From NCBI GenBank assembly GCA_964234715.1, contig OZ174279.1: a stretch of 64,000 nt of DNA; one strand, written 5' to 3'. The notes below the pieces were generated by a model. The model saw only the letters and a list, made by a program, of their open reading frames with translations. It was not told the origin of the DNA and searched no databases. This document shows, piece after piece, positions 1 through 13,383 of the stretch (the first letter of the stretch is position 1; the number at the start of each line of letters is the position of its first letter). Source of the DNA: Podarcis melisellensis. Lineage: Eukaryota. A program made the translations under genes and the position numbers.

Positions 1-264
1 AGGTTTGCCTTTAAATGCATGTAAAGTGGGTGACTGAGATTTAAAGGGACTTGTGGGCAGGGAAGGTTTAGCAGGAACCGTGTTTGTCCCCCTTTGCTTC
101 TTTAAACCACACCCCTGCTCCTTTGTGATTTGGGTAGAACTGCATTTTAAAAACTGGGCTATCTGTAGTTTGCCCTTGATACAAATTCAACTCTGTCCCA
201 GTCTAAGAGTGTTTTGGCACATGCTTAAGTGCAGCTCCTTCCCTTTTCCCCCTATTCTTTTCAG

Positions 265-408
265 GCTGGTCGCCTCTTTGATCATGGTGGGACTGTCTTC
301 TTCAGTATCTTCATGTCTTTATGGGCAGTCACATTTCTTGAATACTGGAAGCGGCTGAATGCTACCTTGACATACCGCTGGGACTGTTCAGACTTCGAAG
401 ATATCGAG
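265..408 (+). CDS. ANO7: ANO7 exon ([13 protein letters not shown]...DFEDIE)
   Basis: ttcag| ... |gtacta; TM2 region. Confidence 0.92.
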
Positions 409-3400
409 GTACTAGTCTTGGGGGGGGGCTCTAATACCACAAAAGCCCAACGGTGACACGGAGCCCACTTCAGGTTTCCTTTGTTGTAGGAACGTCCACG
501 GCCCCAATTCACTGCTACGGCACCCATGACAACCACAAATCCAATCACTGGAGCGGAGGAGCCCTATTTCCCCACACGGAGCCGTTTCAAAAGAATCATG
601 GCTGGATCAATGGTCATCATCATGATGGTGAGGGAGCTGCTGTTTGAGGGTGGAGGCGTCAAATAGGATGCAATCCTCTTGAGTAGGGATAGGGGAGCAA
701 TTTGATACAGTTCACATTTAGTGGTGAATCTATCTAATCTGCACTTTCAAAAACAGCATGAGAACTGAAACACAGGCATCATTTGAAATTCGTACTTATC
801 TGAATTTTGCAATACAGCTCTCCAACCAATGTTTACAAAAATGCATACATTAGGTAAAAGATGTGTTCAGTTGAATATATTAGTGAACATAACATAAAAA
901 TGCATTATATTAAATCTGCTTAAGTCCAAGTCTGCTGTGGCTGTGGGAGAAGCCAGAGCCTCATGGATGTTAATGCCCACTATCATAGGCTCAGGTTGTA
1001 TATATGTGTAAATAAACCATATATCATAAAGACATTACAGTCTCTACTGTGCCTCATTTCTAAAAGGAAACACATACCCTGGGTAAGTGCACCTGGTACC
1101 CCTTGAATCTCACACCACTCAGGGAGATTGAGATGGCATGTAGCAATATGTTATTTCTGCCCTCACGTCCTCTCTCTTGGTTACCACTACTACTTCTTGC
1201 TTTTTGTTTGGATCAAAAGCCAAGGAAAAAGCCACTCAGAAGGGAGGAAATCGCGGTTTCTATGTCTGTTGTGGCTTCTATGGTCATTATTGATGACTGA
1301 CTCCTCACTGACACTCTTCTGCCTCACTAAGGGCAGTTCCACACAACACATTTAAAGCAGACGATTCCCACCAAAGAATCCTGGGAATTCACTGAGTGAC
1401 TTTAGGCGAGTTGCCATGTCTTGCAACCTAACCTACTTCACAAGGTGGTTGTGATAAAAAGTTGATTCTATGGAGGAAAGACATGATGTAAATGTAAACT
1501 GATAAAAAGAAATAAAAATCAGATAAAACCACATGTCACCTTGAGCTCATTGGAGGCAGGAAGGATGGATATAAATGTAAGTAAATAAGTAAAAAAAAAG
1601 TCCTCCCCAAGTCAGATCCATTTACAATAATAAGACAGCAAACTCATATTATTAGTACTCATTCAGCCTGGTTCTGTCTTCAGATTGCTGTGGTGGTGAT
1701 GTTCCTGATTTCGATAATCCTTTACCGGGCCATCATTGCCGTAGTTGTAGCCAAGTCTGGGAAATACCTTCTTGTAGCTTCGGTAAGACACTTCCATGAC
1801 TCTCTACCACTCTAGCTTAGGTGTGCTATTTGCATTTGGACTTCACATTCTCTCCTGTTTCCCCCTCTTAGGCTTCTCGTATTGCTAGCCTCACTGGCTC
1901 AGTGGTGAACCTCCTCTTCATCCTCATCCTATCAAAAATTTACACTTCATTGGCACTTTTTCTTACCAAGTGGGGTAAGTAGGCTGTATCTGGAAACACC
2001 GAAGCAGGTTCTCAACCTGAAGGTGCAGCTTCTTGAACCAAAACATTAACCCGGGGCTTGAATTTGTGGGAGAGGGACAGGGGCAGGTAAATAGAAGATC
2101 TTTATTGAAATCCACAAGCCTTACTTCCTAACTCACCCTAATATTAACTAAATTGTGCCTTGCCATAATCTTCTAAAAGCACCAGCTAAAGTGGGTGGCA
2201 CTAAACGTTTTTATGGTGGTGCATAGAATCTCGAATCCCCAAAAGAGGATTTTTTTACTATCTTCTTAGTGCTTGGTTTAGATCTTAGCTGTGAATTTTG
2301 GATGACATTTTGGAATATTGTCTTGCTCTGACCTTTATAGTTGTTTAAAAGTCTGCCTCTTATTTTTCCTGCACATTCTTCCTGTTTAAATTTTGGGATC
2401 TTGATTGCATGACCATCTCCCTCATTAGTAGGCAACCCTCTACAGACATCTGCACTCAGTTCACAGGCATCCAGAGAAGGGTTTGAGTGAGTCTGGGGGC
2501 ACAGCCTCACTCTCCTTCCATACAGTACCACTACATATAAAATAAAGGCGTGAATATGGCTTAAATCAGAAATTACAAGAGTTGTTTTTTGTCCATCTCA
2601 GCCACAGTATTTAATTAAACTAGAAGGTACTTGCAACCCACAATGTGCATTAGAATTCTGTGACACTGAGATGGTTGGGGGTGGAGTTTGAGTCTCCTTT
2701 GTTCACTTAAAGAACTAAGGATGCTTCTGTTGTGATTTACCACTGAGAGGACTTGGAAGTTCCCACCATTCTCGTGGTACTCTATTATGTTTTTTCTTCC
2801 ATAGAGATGCATCGTACACAGACCATGTTTGAAGATGCGTTCACCTTCAAGGTGTTTGTCTTTGAGTTCATCAATTTCTACTCCTCTCCCATCTACATTG
2901 CGTTCTTTAAGGGCAGGTAAGCTGTTTTGGAGATGGGCAGCTTCTCTAAAATGGATGCCATTTTCCTTTGTGGCCTAGGCATACTTGAAAGACTCATCTG
3001 CACCATTGAAATATGCCCCTACTACACGCTCAAATTTGTATCCTCCTTCCACATAATTCTGTTTCCATAACATGATATCCCATCTGCATTCAATTTAGAG
3101 AACAGGACTACTTTCGTTAGTGTGGGAAGGATACAGACATACTATTGCCTTCATACTATTGTAGGCAACAACAATAAAAAGCTCTGCAATGTTTTTCAGC
3201 ACTGGGTCTCCAGGTGTGTTTAGAAAAATCATTAAACTGCCTAACCAAATCTATACATATATATTTTTCTATGGTGTAGATGTTGGGCTGAAACTCCCAT
3301 CATCCCCAGTCAGCTTAGTCAATGGCCAGGCATGTTGGGAGTTGTAGTCCAGACATATCTGGGGACCCAAGGTTGAAGAGCAGTAGTCTAGGCCACACAG

Positions 3401-6400
3401 AAAGAGAGTGGAACTCAAGAAGGTGAGGACTTCTAGCCGTTCTTTTGAAGTTGTGGTCTTGCTCCACCACTCTTACCCTCATCCAAGTTAAATTCAGTAG
3501 CAAAGTGATGCTTCTTCTGATCCAGCCAAGTCTCAGATGTAGCAAAACTCAAAATTCAGCAGGAATTCTAGCTGCAAGTAGTTGCTATTGATAGCCATTG
3601 AGGAAAAAGTGAGGCCCTGTTGCCATCTACTGCCCAGAAGTAGTTATAATTTATAATGCGAATCCTCAGCGGTGAGTATTAAAAAGTCAGACTGGTGTAG
3701 GTGAACACAAGACTGAATGTGCCAGCTATGTTAGTTTGTGATGTTTGCAATGACCTGGGGATCCTGAATCCAGGCATAGCTGGAAGGTTATGGTGGAAAG
3801 ACTGATTTCTTCAGGTCAAACTAAATATTATGCATAAATAGTAAAACTCTACAGACCTTAAAAGAAGAAAAAGAAGCCATTAGGAGGTAGTGGTTTGAAG
3901 TAGAGAAGTCCTGGAGGAGATCTTGACCTGTAAGTAAATGTTGCATATAAATGTGTGTAATAAAATCAATTGGACCATCTTTAGGACACATCTAAAAACC
4001 TGGCTACCTGTGAGGGTGTGAACAGGCAGGGGAAAGGTTAAGCACCTCTCAAGGCTTCTCTGCTTCAAATTGTCCCTGGCCAAACTGACATTTTCTAAAA
4101 AAGAAAAGGGGAAAAAAGAAAAAAGATGAGGCCCTTCTGGTTGTTCTGCAACCTGCAGAGATCTTTTTGTGCATTTTCAGTAGGGAGGCTTTCTTATTGA
4201 ATTAAGGCAGGCACCAGCACTAATGGCATTTTGGTGTCTGCTAAAAATCATTTGTTCTTTTAAACCTTTGTTGGACATTGATATTTCGACCCAATGTTTG
4301 CTGCCATGTTATTTATTCTGTAAATAAGTTTTAATGTTGTTTTGCACACCACCTTGTGATTGTTGTATGAAAGACAGTTTAGAAATCATTAAAATAAAAA
4401 TCAGCAAGGGACCGTTGCAGATTCTTATGTACATGCTTGGAGAGAGAGTGGGGAATTCCTGCCCCCCTTTCCCTGTAATGTGCTTGGACCACCTGAAGTT
4501 AGTGCTTTTCAGGATTATTGCTGTACAGTGGAACCTCGTGTTACGTACCGTCCTCCTTGCAAACCCTGCGGGTTACGAGCTCTGCTAACCCGGAAGTAGA
4601 TGCTCCTGGTTGCAAACTTTGCCCTGGGATGCGAGTGGAAGTCATGTGCCAGCAGCGTGGCAGCAGCAGGAGGCACCATTAGCGAAAGTGCGCCTTGGGT
4701 TATGAACAGTTTCAGTTTAAGAGCGGCCCTCCGGAATGAATTAAGTTTGTAACCGGAGGTACCATTGTACTCCTCTTTTCTATGAGTCTGAGGGTTGTGT
4801 TGGCTGAGCCATTTGAGGCAGCAAATTGTAGGAAGGCGCCTTGCGATTGGTTACAGTAGATGGCATTCTGGTCTCTTTATGCGCAGAGTAGGGTGTTTAT
4901 GCCTCGTGTAAAGAAAGACCTTGCAGCTGACTGTCTTGGCCTTTTATTTTTATACTTTCTTCACCTTCAGGTTTGTAGGCTATCCAGGACGCTATTCCAC
5001 ATTGCTGGGTATCCGCAATGAAGATGTAAGTATCTAAAAAGAGAGCAGTGCAGGACATGGACTCTAGAAATAACAGCTGATTAGGGGTTGTTCTAGAGTG
5101 GCTGGCACCATTAGCAGCCTGTAAGGTACGTTTAAGACTGGAGTTAAACTCTGTATAATAAATGCAGCAATAAAATAAAGAAGGCACCCTCTTTGCCAAG
5201 GAAACAGGGTCAGCCATTCCAAAGGCAGAGGCCAGATAAAGAGGGCATCAGGCTCAATGCTGGGAGTGGATGTTTCTCTAAAAACCAAAATAATCCCTCT
5301 TCTAGCTCCATCTATCCAATGTCAAGTGCTTTTAGCCAGATTATTATTATTATTTATTGAATTTATATCCCACCCTTTATCCTTAAAGAGCACAGGGCAG
5401 CAAACAGATATACCATTTAAAAACAAAACAAAGCAGAAACAGATTTAGACGTTCTGAAAGCGATTACATTAAAGGACATACAATTAAAAAGACTCATTCA
5501 TTCTTTCCTTCCCCGATGTTTTAATGTGGTGGAAATCTTTTAAGTAGGCATGATGTGCTCTGAGACCCCAGTGTTTGGTGTAGAGATTCCCAGGGGAGTA
5601 GAGAATTGAGGTTTCCTTTTCACCAGCAGCAAATGAAGTAGCTAACCTGTCTCTAGACTGTTTCTCTACAGATGAGGGATCACATGACTAAATGCTTCTC
5701 CATATAATTGTTTCTCTGCTGCATCATCCTTCTAAAGCCTCTCTCTGTTTTCTCCAGTGTGGTCCAGGTGGCTGCCTCATTGAACTTGCCCAAGAGCTGC
5801 TTGTCATCATGGTGGGAAAGCAAATAATTAATAATGTGCAGGAGCTCCTCATCCCGTGAGTCTTTGTGATCTTGTGCTTTGCTGCAATGGACTATCCAGA
5901 CGTGGCCAGACCTGTAGAGAATCAACAAGATGAACAGACATATCATTCCCCAAAATATATAGATTTTCACTAATGTATTAATTTTTGTGCACATTTCCCC
6001 CTAACATAATATACATTTTTGTAAAGGTTTGGTTGGAGAACTGCATCATAAAATCTGGATAAGTGCAAATTTTGAAGGAAGGCTATATTTCCGTTCTCAT
6101 GTTGTTTCAGGAAGTGCTAATTTGATATGCTGCTTTAAATGCAAACTGAATAATCTTTTCTCCTCCATCCCTACCTCAAGATGTTGTGGCACTACACCTC
6201 TGTCAGCCCTAGCCAACATGGTCCAGTGGTCAGGGAGGACAGTAGTTGTACTTAAACAGCTTCTGAAAGATGCAACGTTAGTTACTCCTACTCTATAGAT
6301 TCAATTCTGGGGCTAGATCAAAACTCTGTCTAGGCCTAGATGCAGACATGTAGCTACTAATTGATCGTCTCTTGTTGAACAATAAGAGGGCAAAACCTGA

Positions 6401-9400
6401 GCATGTTAACTGTGTCTTCTTGCTCTCCACAGGAAGTTGAAATCATGGTGGCAGAAGCGGAAGTCTCACTCTAAAAGGAATGAGGGCCAGGAAAGCTCCA
6501 CGAAGCAGCTCTGGGAGAGTGATTACGAACTGCTGCCCTATGAAGGGCTCTTTAACGAATACCTGGAAATGGGTACGAATCATTTGGGAAGGAAGGAGAT
6601 GAGCAACTGAGGACAGTTTCCTGACAGTTGAGGGCTTAGTCTGTGTAAGTGCGTGAGGCACACTGAGTCCTGTATCTCGCTTTGACTATACCATGTTCTC
6701 AGGTCAACCGTTCTGGTTCAAGAGCACTTGTGCTTGTTCCACTCACCCACCAGCTGGTAGCCCTAGAGGAGTGACAATTAGAATACATGGGGTCAAAAGC
6801 TTTACTCAGGTCAAAAGAGTGCGTGCATAACCTCCTAAGAAAAGGAACAACTTAGCAAATGCTATCCAAAGTTCCTGTGGACAGAATTCTTGTATGGGCT
6901 CACCTACATTATCTCCTGCGTGGGATTTCTTTGTGCTTGCCTTCCCTTATAATGTCTTCTTTCTTTCCTCTTCAGTCCTGCAGTTTGGCTTCATTACCAT
7001 CTTTGTGGCCGCCTGCCCCTTGGCACCTCTCTTTGCCTTGCTCAACAACTGGGTGGAAATTCGCTTGGATGCTCACAAATTTGTTTGTGAATACAGGCGG
7101 CCGGTTGCTGAGCGGGCCCAAGGCATGGGCATCTGGTTCCCTATCCTGGAAGTCATCACACACCTGGCAGTCGTTAGCAATGTGAGTAGCGCTGGGTCAA
7201 GGTTCTCTGCGTGCAGCAATACTGAGCTGACTTAACGGTCTGACTTAATAGAAGGCAGCTTCCTGGGTTGCTATGACTTTGCGGAAACTTGATACACATG
7301 TTGTGTAAAGAAGTTGGAGTAAGACAGAAAAGGGGGTGGATGTGTTCCATTTAACACCTGGAAACGAAATGGTTCTTTAGACAGAGACCATTATTGTGCC
7401 CATCTTCTTCCAGGCCTTTCTGATTGCCTTCACCTCTGACTTCCTCCCTCGACTATATTACCAGTACACTCATGCCAGCGACCTACAAGGCTACATTGAC
7501 TTCACCCTGGCCTATGCCCCAAAATCTTTTGTCCTGGAGCACAATGTCACATGCAGGTAGGATCTCCCACTTTTCTGTCTCAGCTGTCTTCCTCATGGGG
7601 GACACTGGACAGGTCCATTGCTTCAAAAATTAAACAGAGGGCATGTTCTTGAAAAATAGCTTGCCTATTTTGGGACAAAGTGTTTTCTCAGAAAATCAGA
7701 TAGTGCAGGATTTTTTTAAAAAATTGGAGGGGAGAATCATGGACCACGGCACATGGAATAACATACCACATACTGTCATAAACATCTGGTATGGCAACCA
7801 TCCCTTGTGGGAAAACTGGTATAATATTCACCAAGAAACCAAATACAGTGAGATGTGTTTACTCAGACGTACGTCTCTATATGTTCTGTGGGAAACATAG
7901 GAAGTTACTTTATATCAGGGGTCACCAACCCTTTTGAACTAGTGGGCATATTTCAAATTTTGACAAAATGGTGGGGCCATCAATTTCAAAATGGCTGCCA
8001 TGGGGGGGGGAGCATAACACAAAATGGCTACCATGGTGAGTATGGTATAGGACGCAGAGGCAAGTACCCCAATACAGTGGTACCTCGGGTTAAGAACTTA
8101 ATTCGTTCTGGAGGTCCATTCTTAACCTGAAACTGTTCTCAACCTGAGACACCACTTTAGCTAATGGGGCCTCCCACTGCCACCGCGCCGCCAGAGCACG
8201 ATTTCTGTTCTCATCCTGAAGCAAAGTTCTTAACCCGAGGTACTATTTCTGGGTTAGCGGAGCCTGTAACCTGAAGCATATGTAACCTGAAGCGTCTGTA
8301 ACCCGAGGTACCACTGTACAAGGAAAAATATACAAGGTAGCCACACCACTCTACAGAAATTGCTTAGAGGGCACCCACACATTTTGTCTTATAACTTTCT
8401 TCCTAGGAGGACTAGGTGCTGTGTTGGTGACCCCTGCCTTATGCAGAGTCCGACCATTGGCTTCAATATTGTTCACAGTGACTTGGCAGCAGTAGTCCAG
8501 GGTTTCAGGGGACATTCCCAGTCCTACTTAGAGATGCCAGAGACTGAACCTAGGTATTTCTGCATGCAGTGCATATGCTCTGCTTCTGAGCTATGTTCCT
8601 TCCCACCAGGCTTGTTCCCAGAAAACATGCATAGGAATTGCAGCCCTGAAAATAAGCATCTTTTGGCTCCCCCCCTTGCTATAACCAAGTGGACAGACAA
8701 CTTAATATTAATATTTAGAATGACAACCAGGATCTGAATGCAGAAAATCTACTCAGGTCTCTCTTAGTTTAACTAAAGGGAATTTAGTGGTGGCTTACAG
8801 GAAGGCATGGAGAGAAGCAAGACATTTAGTTTGTTTCCTGCAAATGTATGGTTGCTATGCTGACTACTTCAGGGCTACTCAGCATACCTCTTTAACTTAC
8901 AGCTCTATCTCCTCAGGTACAGAGCATATCGAGAACAAAGTGGCAGGTATTCACTAGCTTATTGGAATCTACTGGCAATCCGCCTTGGCTTCATAATTGT
9001 ATTTGAGGTTTGTTTCCCTCCAAGTGTCCCCAAAATGCTGCTCTACAAACAAGAGGTCCCATTCACATCTACCCACCTATTACAGCACTTACCATATTTG
9101 GGCAGTCCTGTTTGGATTACATCACATGGTGGTGGAAGGAAAGGGGTTGGGGGAGATGAAATGGTTACTGGAATATGCCCCTGACCCAAAACATAACTTT
9201 TTGCACTGGCTGACTTGTTGTTTGCAGTCCTAATGTCATTATTTGTTTATAAAGACCCAGTGTCCTACAGTAAGGTAAAGGTAAAGGGACCCCTGACCAT
9301 TAGGTCCAGTCACAGACGACTCTGGGGTTGCGGCGCTCATCTCGCTTTATTGGCTGAGGGAGCCGGCGTACAGCTTCTAGGTCATGTGGCCAGCATGACT

Positions 9401-12400
9401 AAGCCGCCTCTGATGAACCAGAGCAGCGCACGGAAACACCATTTACCTTCCTGCCGGAGCGGTACCTATTTATCTACTTGCACTTTGACTTGCTTTCAAA
9501 CTGCTAGGTTGGCAGGAGCAGGGACTGAGCAACGGGAGCTCACCCTATTGCAGGGATTCGAACCGCCAACCTTCTGATCGGCAAGTCCTAGGCTCTGTGG
9601 TTTAACCCACAGCACCACCCGCGTCCCTAGTGTCCTACAGTACAAGATGTCATATGTTGACTGGAGCCTCGGAGACAAGGTTCAAATCCCACTCAGCCAT
9701 GAAACTCACTGGGTGATCTTGGGTCAGCCCCTGTCTCTTCACCTAACCTCTCTCATACTATTGTTATGAATATAAAATGGGGAGGGAATAGAGTCATGTA
9801 CTACACCTTGAGTTCCTTGGAGGAAAGGTAGGATATAAATGTAATAAATAAATAATCCTCTCATTCTGAATTCATTTCAGACATTGGCACGTAGGCAACT
9901 CTGTTGTTAGTGTGTAGGACCTTAAAAAAAAAGGAGCCAACTGTGGTTGCAAAGAGGCTATTTAGCTGCCTTAAGTCCCAGTCTGGGGAAAAAAGGCAGG
10001 TGATGATGATGATTTCAGGAACCGGTGCTGAGATGGCTTTGATGGAGCTGCCGTTTCTGCAGAATTTAGCAGCTACTGCAGATCTGGTCCAGGCAAGATG
10101 TTAAATCGCTCCAACTGGATGAGGTCATTGCTACATCCTGGTCAAGAGTCTACTGACAGTGCCACCAGGATGTGCCTTGTTCTGTAAATAATCTACAAAT
10201 GCACCTTCTTGGTGCTTGTGGAAGTCCTCTATCCCAGCTTATTCAAAGGGAAATGGAATTTGTATAGTAGAGCAATCTGTATCCCATGGATAGCTTGCTC
10301 TGTGCTGATCTGTACGTAGTACAACACTAACTACTTTTCTATTGAGTTTTGGTGTAATAAAGGTGTCACATTTTAAGACCACTGTAGTAAAGCTACATGT
10401 GCACTAGTCCTGCTTTCTGGGACACAGGAGATCCCTTATCATCTTTGATAAAGCACCCCTTAATTGGTGAGATAGGCTCCAGTCATATTTTCACTGCAAT
10501 TCCATTTAACTGGCAGGGTGGAGGGAGGAGAGAACACATACACTGGAGTCAGACATGCAGCAGGATTCCCCATCCATCTAGTTCTGAACAGCTGGGCCAG
10601 ATTGCTGCTGCATGGTCCTGACTTGCTTGCTCCCACTCTGGCAAATTGGGTCATTGACTATCTGCAGCTTTCTTGCCTCCTTTTCCCAGCACGTGGTCTT
10701 CTTTATTGCACGTCTGATTGATATGATGGTGCCCGACATCCCAGAAGTGGTGGAGATCAAAGTGAAGCGAGAGCAGTATCTAGCTAAAGAGGCTCTGGCT
10801 GAGAACAAGGTAATCGTTTATTTTTAAATATTATTTTGAATCGGTACTTGGATTTTCTCTTCCAAAGACCATCTAAAGTGCTTAATGCCATAAACCTTAA
10901 CCAAAACTGAGTCACACTGTTCCTGTGGTGAATCCCCTTCTTTGTCTCCTGGAAGAGGTTTCCTTTTACAGGACTAGGTAAAGCAGCAAGGTTCACTTGC
11001 TGTCAGAAATATAGGATGTCAATTTCCCTCCCTTTCTCAGTAAGCAGCCTTGCAGCTTATGAGGGTAAATATAACCTTTGTTTCCTGTCTGGCACATGAG
11101 TATACGTCCATTGGTCTTTGTCAGGGAATCTTAAGTCTCTGTGCCCACACTGTGAACCATGATGGGGGAACAAAAGTGCTCAAACACAAGAGTAGCACCT
11201 CTACCCTACCTACATTCCTCCCCAAATAACCTATTTTTACCTTGATACTGTATTATAGAGTTGTATCTGGTGAACTTGTCCTTCTGCTTGCACAACAGAA
11301 TTGCCCTACTCCATTCCTTGCGTGTTTGGGAGTTCCCCCAACCCTCCAAAGCAGATTTGTTGGCGGGGCAAGTAAGTTCTGTTGCACAAGCAGAAGTCCT
11401 TGCACTAATTGGACAAGTTCATTAGGTACAAACCCACAGTAACAGTGTTTCCCAAACATAGGTTTCCATCTGTTTTTGAACTACAATTTCCATCATCCCT
11501 GGCCACTGGTCCTGCTAGCTAGGGATGGTGGGGGTTATAGTCCAACAACAGCTGGGGACCCAAGTTTGGAAGACTGTGTTAAAATAATAGCATAGTAATT
11601 TTCTTGTATTAGATAACTAGTGACACCGGTCTATCTGTTGTGGGGGGTGTACCTTATTTTTGGAAGCTGGTATCAAGAACTGGAAATTTCAGCTGCTGAT
11701 TGTGTTAAGTTCCAGCCTGTATGTCAACACCAATCTTTCTGACACATGCCTTTTAGGGGAAGGTCTTATATTTTTCCTAGTATGTGTCATTTGACAAAGC
11801 AAAGTAAGATTCTGGAGGTTGGCTCACCCTTTGATCACACATACGGCTCCTCTGCTATCATTCAAAGCATATTGTGCCAACAATCTATGGACAACTCCAT
11901 AGAATTTTTCTAATAACAAGCCAAGTTTCAACTCTCTTGGTCTCAGGTGTGTTGACTTCAAGGTATTAGGAATTTTGGGCTTACTTTTTTGAAGCAACTT
12001 TACTGCTGGCGTGTTACGGTTGAGTGAGCTCTTTGCTTAAACTGCATGCTCCAATTACTTTACCGTATCTCAAGGATGGCAATATTGAGGTTTGGGTAAT
12101 AAGCAAATTGAAATGTAAGCTGTGTAGAACTGACACAGCTATGTATCTTTAGGTGGTATAGCAGCTGTCAGTGCACTGGCATCGCTTACCTGGCTTCCCA
12201 TCACAGAAGTCACTGTAGGGCCAATCTGTCATTCCACCTACAATGTGTTGACCTCACCATCATTGTCTTGCCTGTTAGTTATCACCAGCCGTTGGGAAGC
12301 CAGGTAAACAATGCTTCTCTACCCTGTTGACTGTTGATTTCTCTTGTGACAGGCCCTCACCGAAGTGATAGATGTGAGAAATCCAACCCCTCTGGCAGAG

Positions 12401-12412
12401 AAAGCACCATAG
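265..12412 (+). CDS. ANO7: Anoctamin-7 (TMEM16G/NGEP), 3' part of a spliced gene (5' exons lie left of the window)
   Basis: GT-AG exons 265-408, 490-627, 1684-1782, 1872-1974, 2805-2916, 4971-5025, 5758-5855, 6433-6572, 6976-7181, 7414-7556, 8917-9007, 10690-10809 and (tentative) 12353-12412 join in frame (1509 nt). Anoctamin motifs present: [66 protein letters not shown]. Convergent with HDLBP, as ANO7 is in mammals. Confidence 0.95.
490..627 (+). CDS. ANO7: ANO7 exon (ERPRPQFTA...SMVIIMM)
   Basis: tgtag| ... |gtgagg; 81-nt upstream intron. Confidence 0.92.
700..915. repeat. Unclassified interspersed repeat with an inverted relative at ~5940-6170
   Basis: Shared degenerate motif ctctccaacca..tttacaaaaatg.ata.attagg on opposite strands. 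Confidence 0.55.
1684..1782 (+). CDS. ANO7: ANO7 exon ([16 protein letters not shown]...LVAS)
   Basis: ttcag| ... |gtaaga. Confidence 0.9.
1872..1974 (+). CDS. ANO7: ANO7 exon ([14 protein letters not shown]...LTKW)
   Basis: cttag| ... |gtaagt. Confidence 0.92.
2805..2916 (+). CDS. ANO7: ANO7 exon ([36 protein letters not shown])
   Basis: catag| ... |gtaagc; TM5. Confidence 0.93.
4526..4767. mobile_element. Tc1/mariner (Tigger-like) MITE
   Basis: TA|CAGTGGAACCTC ... GAGGTACCATTG|TA. Confidence 0.8.
4971..5025 (+). CDS. ANO7: ANO7 exon ([18 protein letters not shown])
   Basis: ttcag| ... |gtaagt. Confidence 0.92.
5758..5855 (+). CDS. ANO7: ANO7 exon ([14 protein letters not shown]...NNVQELLIP)
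   Basis: tccag| ... |gtgagt; TM6. Confidence 0.93.
6433..6572 (+). CDS. ANO7: ANO7 exon (KLKSWWQK...FNEYLEM)
   Basis: cacag| ... |gtacga. Confidence 0.92.
6976..7181 (+). CDS. ANO7: ANO7 exon ([17 protein letters not shown]...AVVSN)
   Basis: ttcag| ... |gtgagt; TM7-9. Confidence 0.94.
7414..7556 (+). CDS. ANO7: ANO7 exon ([13 protein letters not shown]...NVTC)
   Basis: tccag| ... |gtagga. Confidence 0.92.
8075..8316. mobile_element. Tc1/mariner (Tigger-like) MITE
   Basis: Perfect 18-bp TIR CAGTGGTACCTCGGGTTA, TA TSD. Confidence 0.9.
8445..8602 (-). mobile_element. Squam3-like SINE, decayed
   Basis: Reverse complement reads atagctcagaagcagagcatatgcactgcatgcagaaa...ggttcagtctctggcatctc; relative at ~23835-23995. 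Confidence 0.55.
8917..9007 (+). CDS. ANO7: ANO7 exon (YRAYREQSG...RLGFIIVFE)
   Basis: ctcag| ... |gtttgt. Confidence 0.92.
9273..9627 (-). mobile_element. Sauria SINE (Squam1), full length
   Basis: tRNA-like head GGGACGCGGGTGGTGCTGTGG...GGTTCGAATCC, (ACCTTT)n tail, 14-bp TSD agtgtcctacagta (9259-9272 / 9629-9642). Confidence 0.9.
9645..9856 (+). mobile_element. Older tRNA-derived (MIR/L2-tail-like) squamate SINE
   Basis: B box ggttcaaatccc, cagccatgaaactcactgggtga core, AATA tail; relatives at 50860-51080 and 1385-1590. Confidence 0.65.
10690..10809 (+). CDS. ANO7: ANO7 exon ([19 protein letters not shown]...ALAENK)
   Basis: cccag| ... |gtaatc. Confidence 0.93.
12353..12412 (+). CDS. ANO7: Probable last coding exon of ANO7 ([19 protein letters not shown])
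   Basis: Pyrimidine tract plus gacag acceptor, phase 0, TAG at 12410-12412. The C-terminus is poorly conserved, so other acceptors (e.g. 11259) are not excluded. Confidence 0.5.
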   Translation, partial: ALTEVIDVRNPTPLAEKAP

Positions 12413-13383
12413 TAGGCTCACGATGCTGAAAGACATTCTGGTTTTGATCCAGGCCAAGTTGCCAAGCTTCTGGAAGAGCAAGGGGTGGGGAGGTGAGCAG
12501 CCTAGAAGAATTTGACAAAAAGTGACACTTCTCTGCACAAGTGCTGTACTGTAGAAGAAGACTTGGAGCTTTTAAAGGCTTCAGGAATTTGATCGATCCA
12601 GCTGCTGCTTTAAGGACTTTGAGAAGTGTTAACTTGGCAAAGGACAAGATATACATGGACAATGGATTAATCTAACCAACCCATCCATCAGCTCTGCAAT
12701 CATTTGCCTAACTGAACAGCTTTGTCCTCACGCCCAAGAAGTGATTTCTACTGATATTTATAGAGTTATAGTCTAGCAGTGAGCACAGAGGAGTCCTACA
12801 TTCCTGTTTACAAAGAGGGAGGGCTGCTTTTTAACTTGTGAAGAAGTACTGCTTAGCGACAAGGAATCTTCCAAAGAGGGAAGAAGCTGCATCACTTGAA
12901 TGGCTTATAAGAGTGAGAGCTGCTCTGATGAGCTAAGGGCAGATTATTGGAGAGTAGCTGTGCACTTTTGCTTAGTATGCAGTGGCCAGCTTAACAGAAG
13001 ATTACTGCTTGAGAAGGCAACCATTTGAGAGCTTGTACTGAGCTTCACAAGCTGCCTGCTCCCCTCTTCCTCTCACACAAGCAATACAAGACTGAGCATT
13101 TTCTGCACATCAGTTTGAATCTGCTTTAGCTGGAAGCTGCAATGTGGCATATGCCAAATACTAGTGATTGCAATCATGATTAAACAGTACCCCTGCTGAC
13201 AGCAAATGGACAGAATCTGTCCAACATTCAGTATGAACAGCTAAAAAGTGCAAGTTCTTTTACAATTGTTTGGAATTAATTGTGAAAGGTTAAGAGTTAG
13301 CAGCTGTTCAGTATTTCATTAGGAAGGCTGGTAGAAATTTTGAATTAGTGACTTCTTAAAAACCCACACTAAAGTATACAGAA

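Noticed and set aside
12279-12303. Possible 25-nt ANO7 micro-exon (ttag|...|gtaaac)
   Set aside because: It would shift the frame and leave a 49-nt intron, too short for a vertebrate
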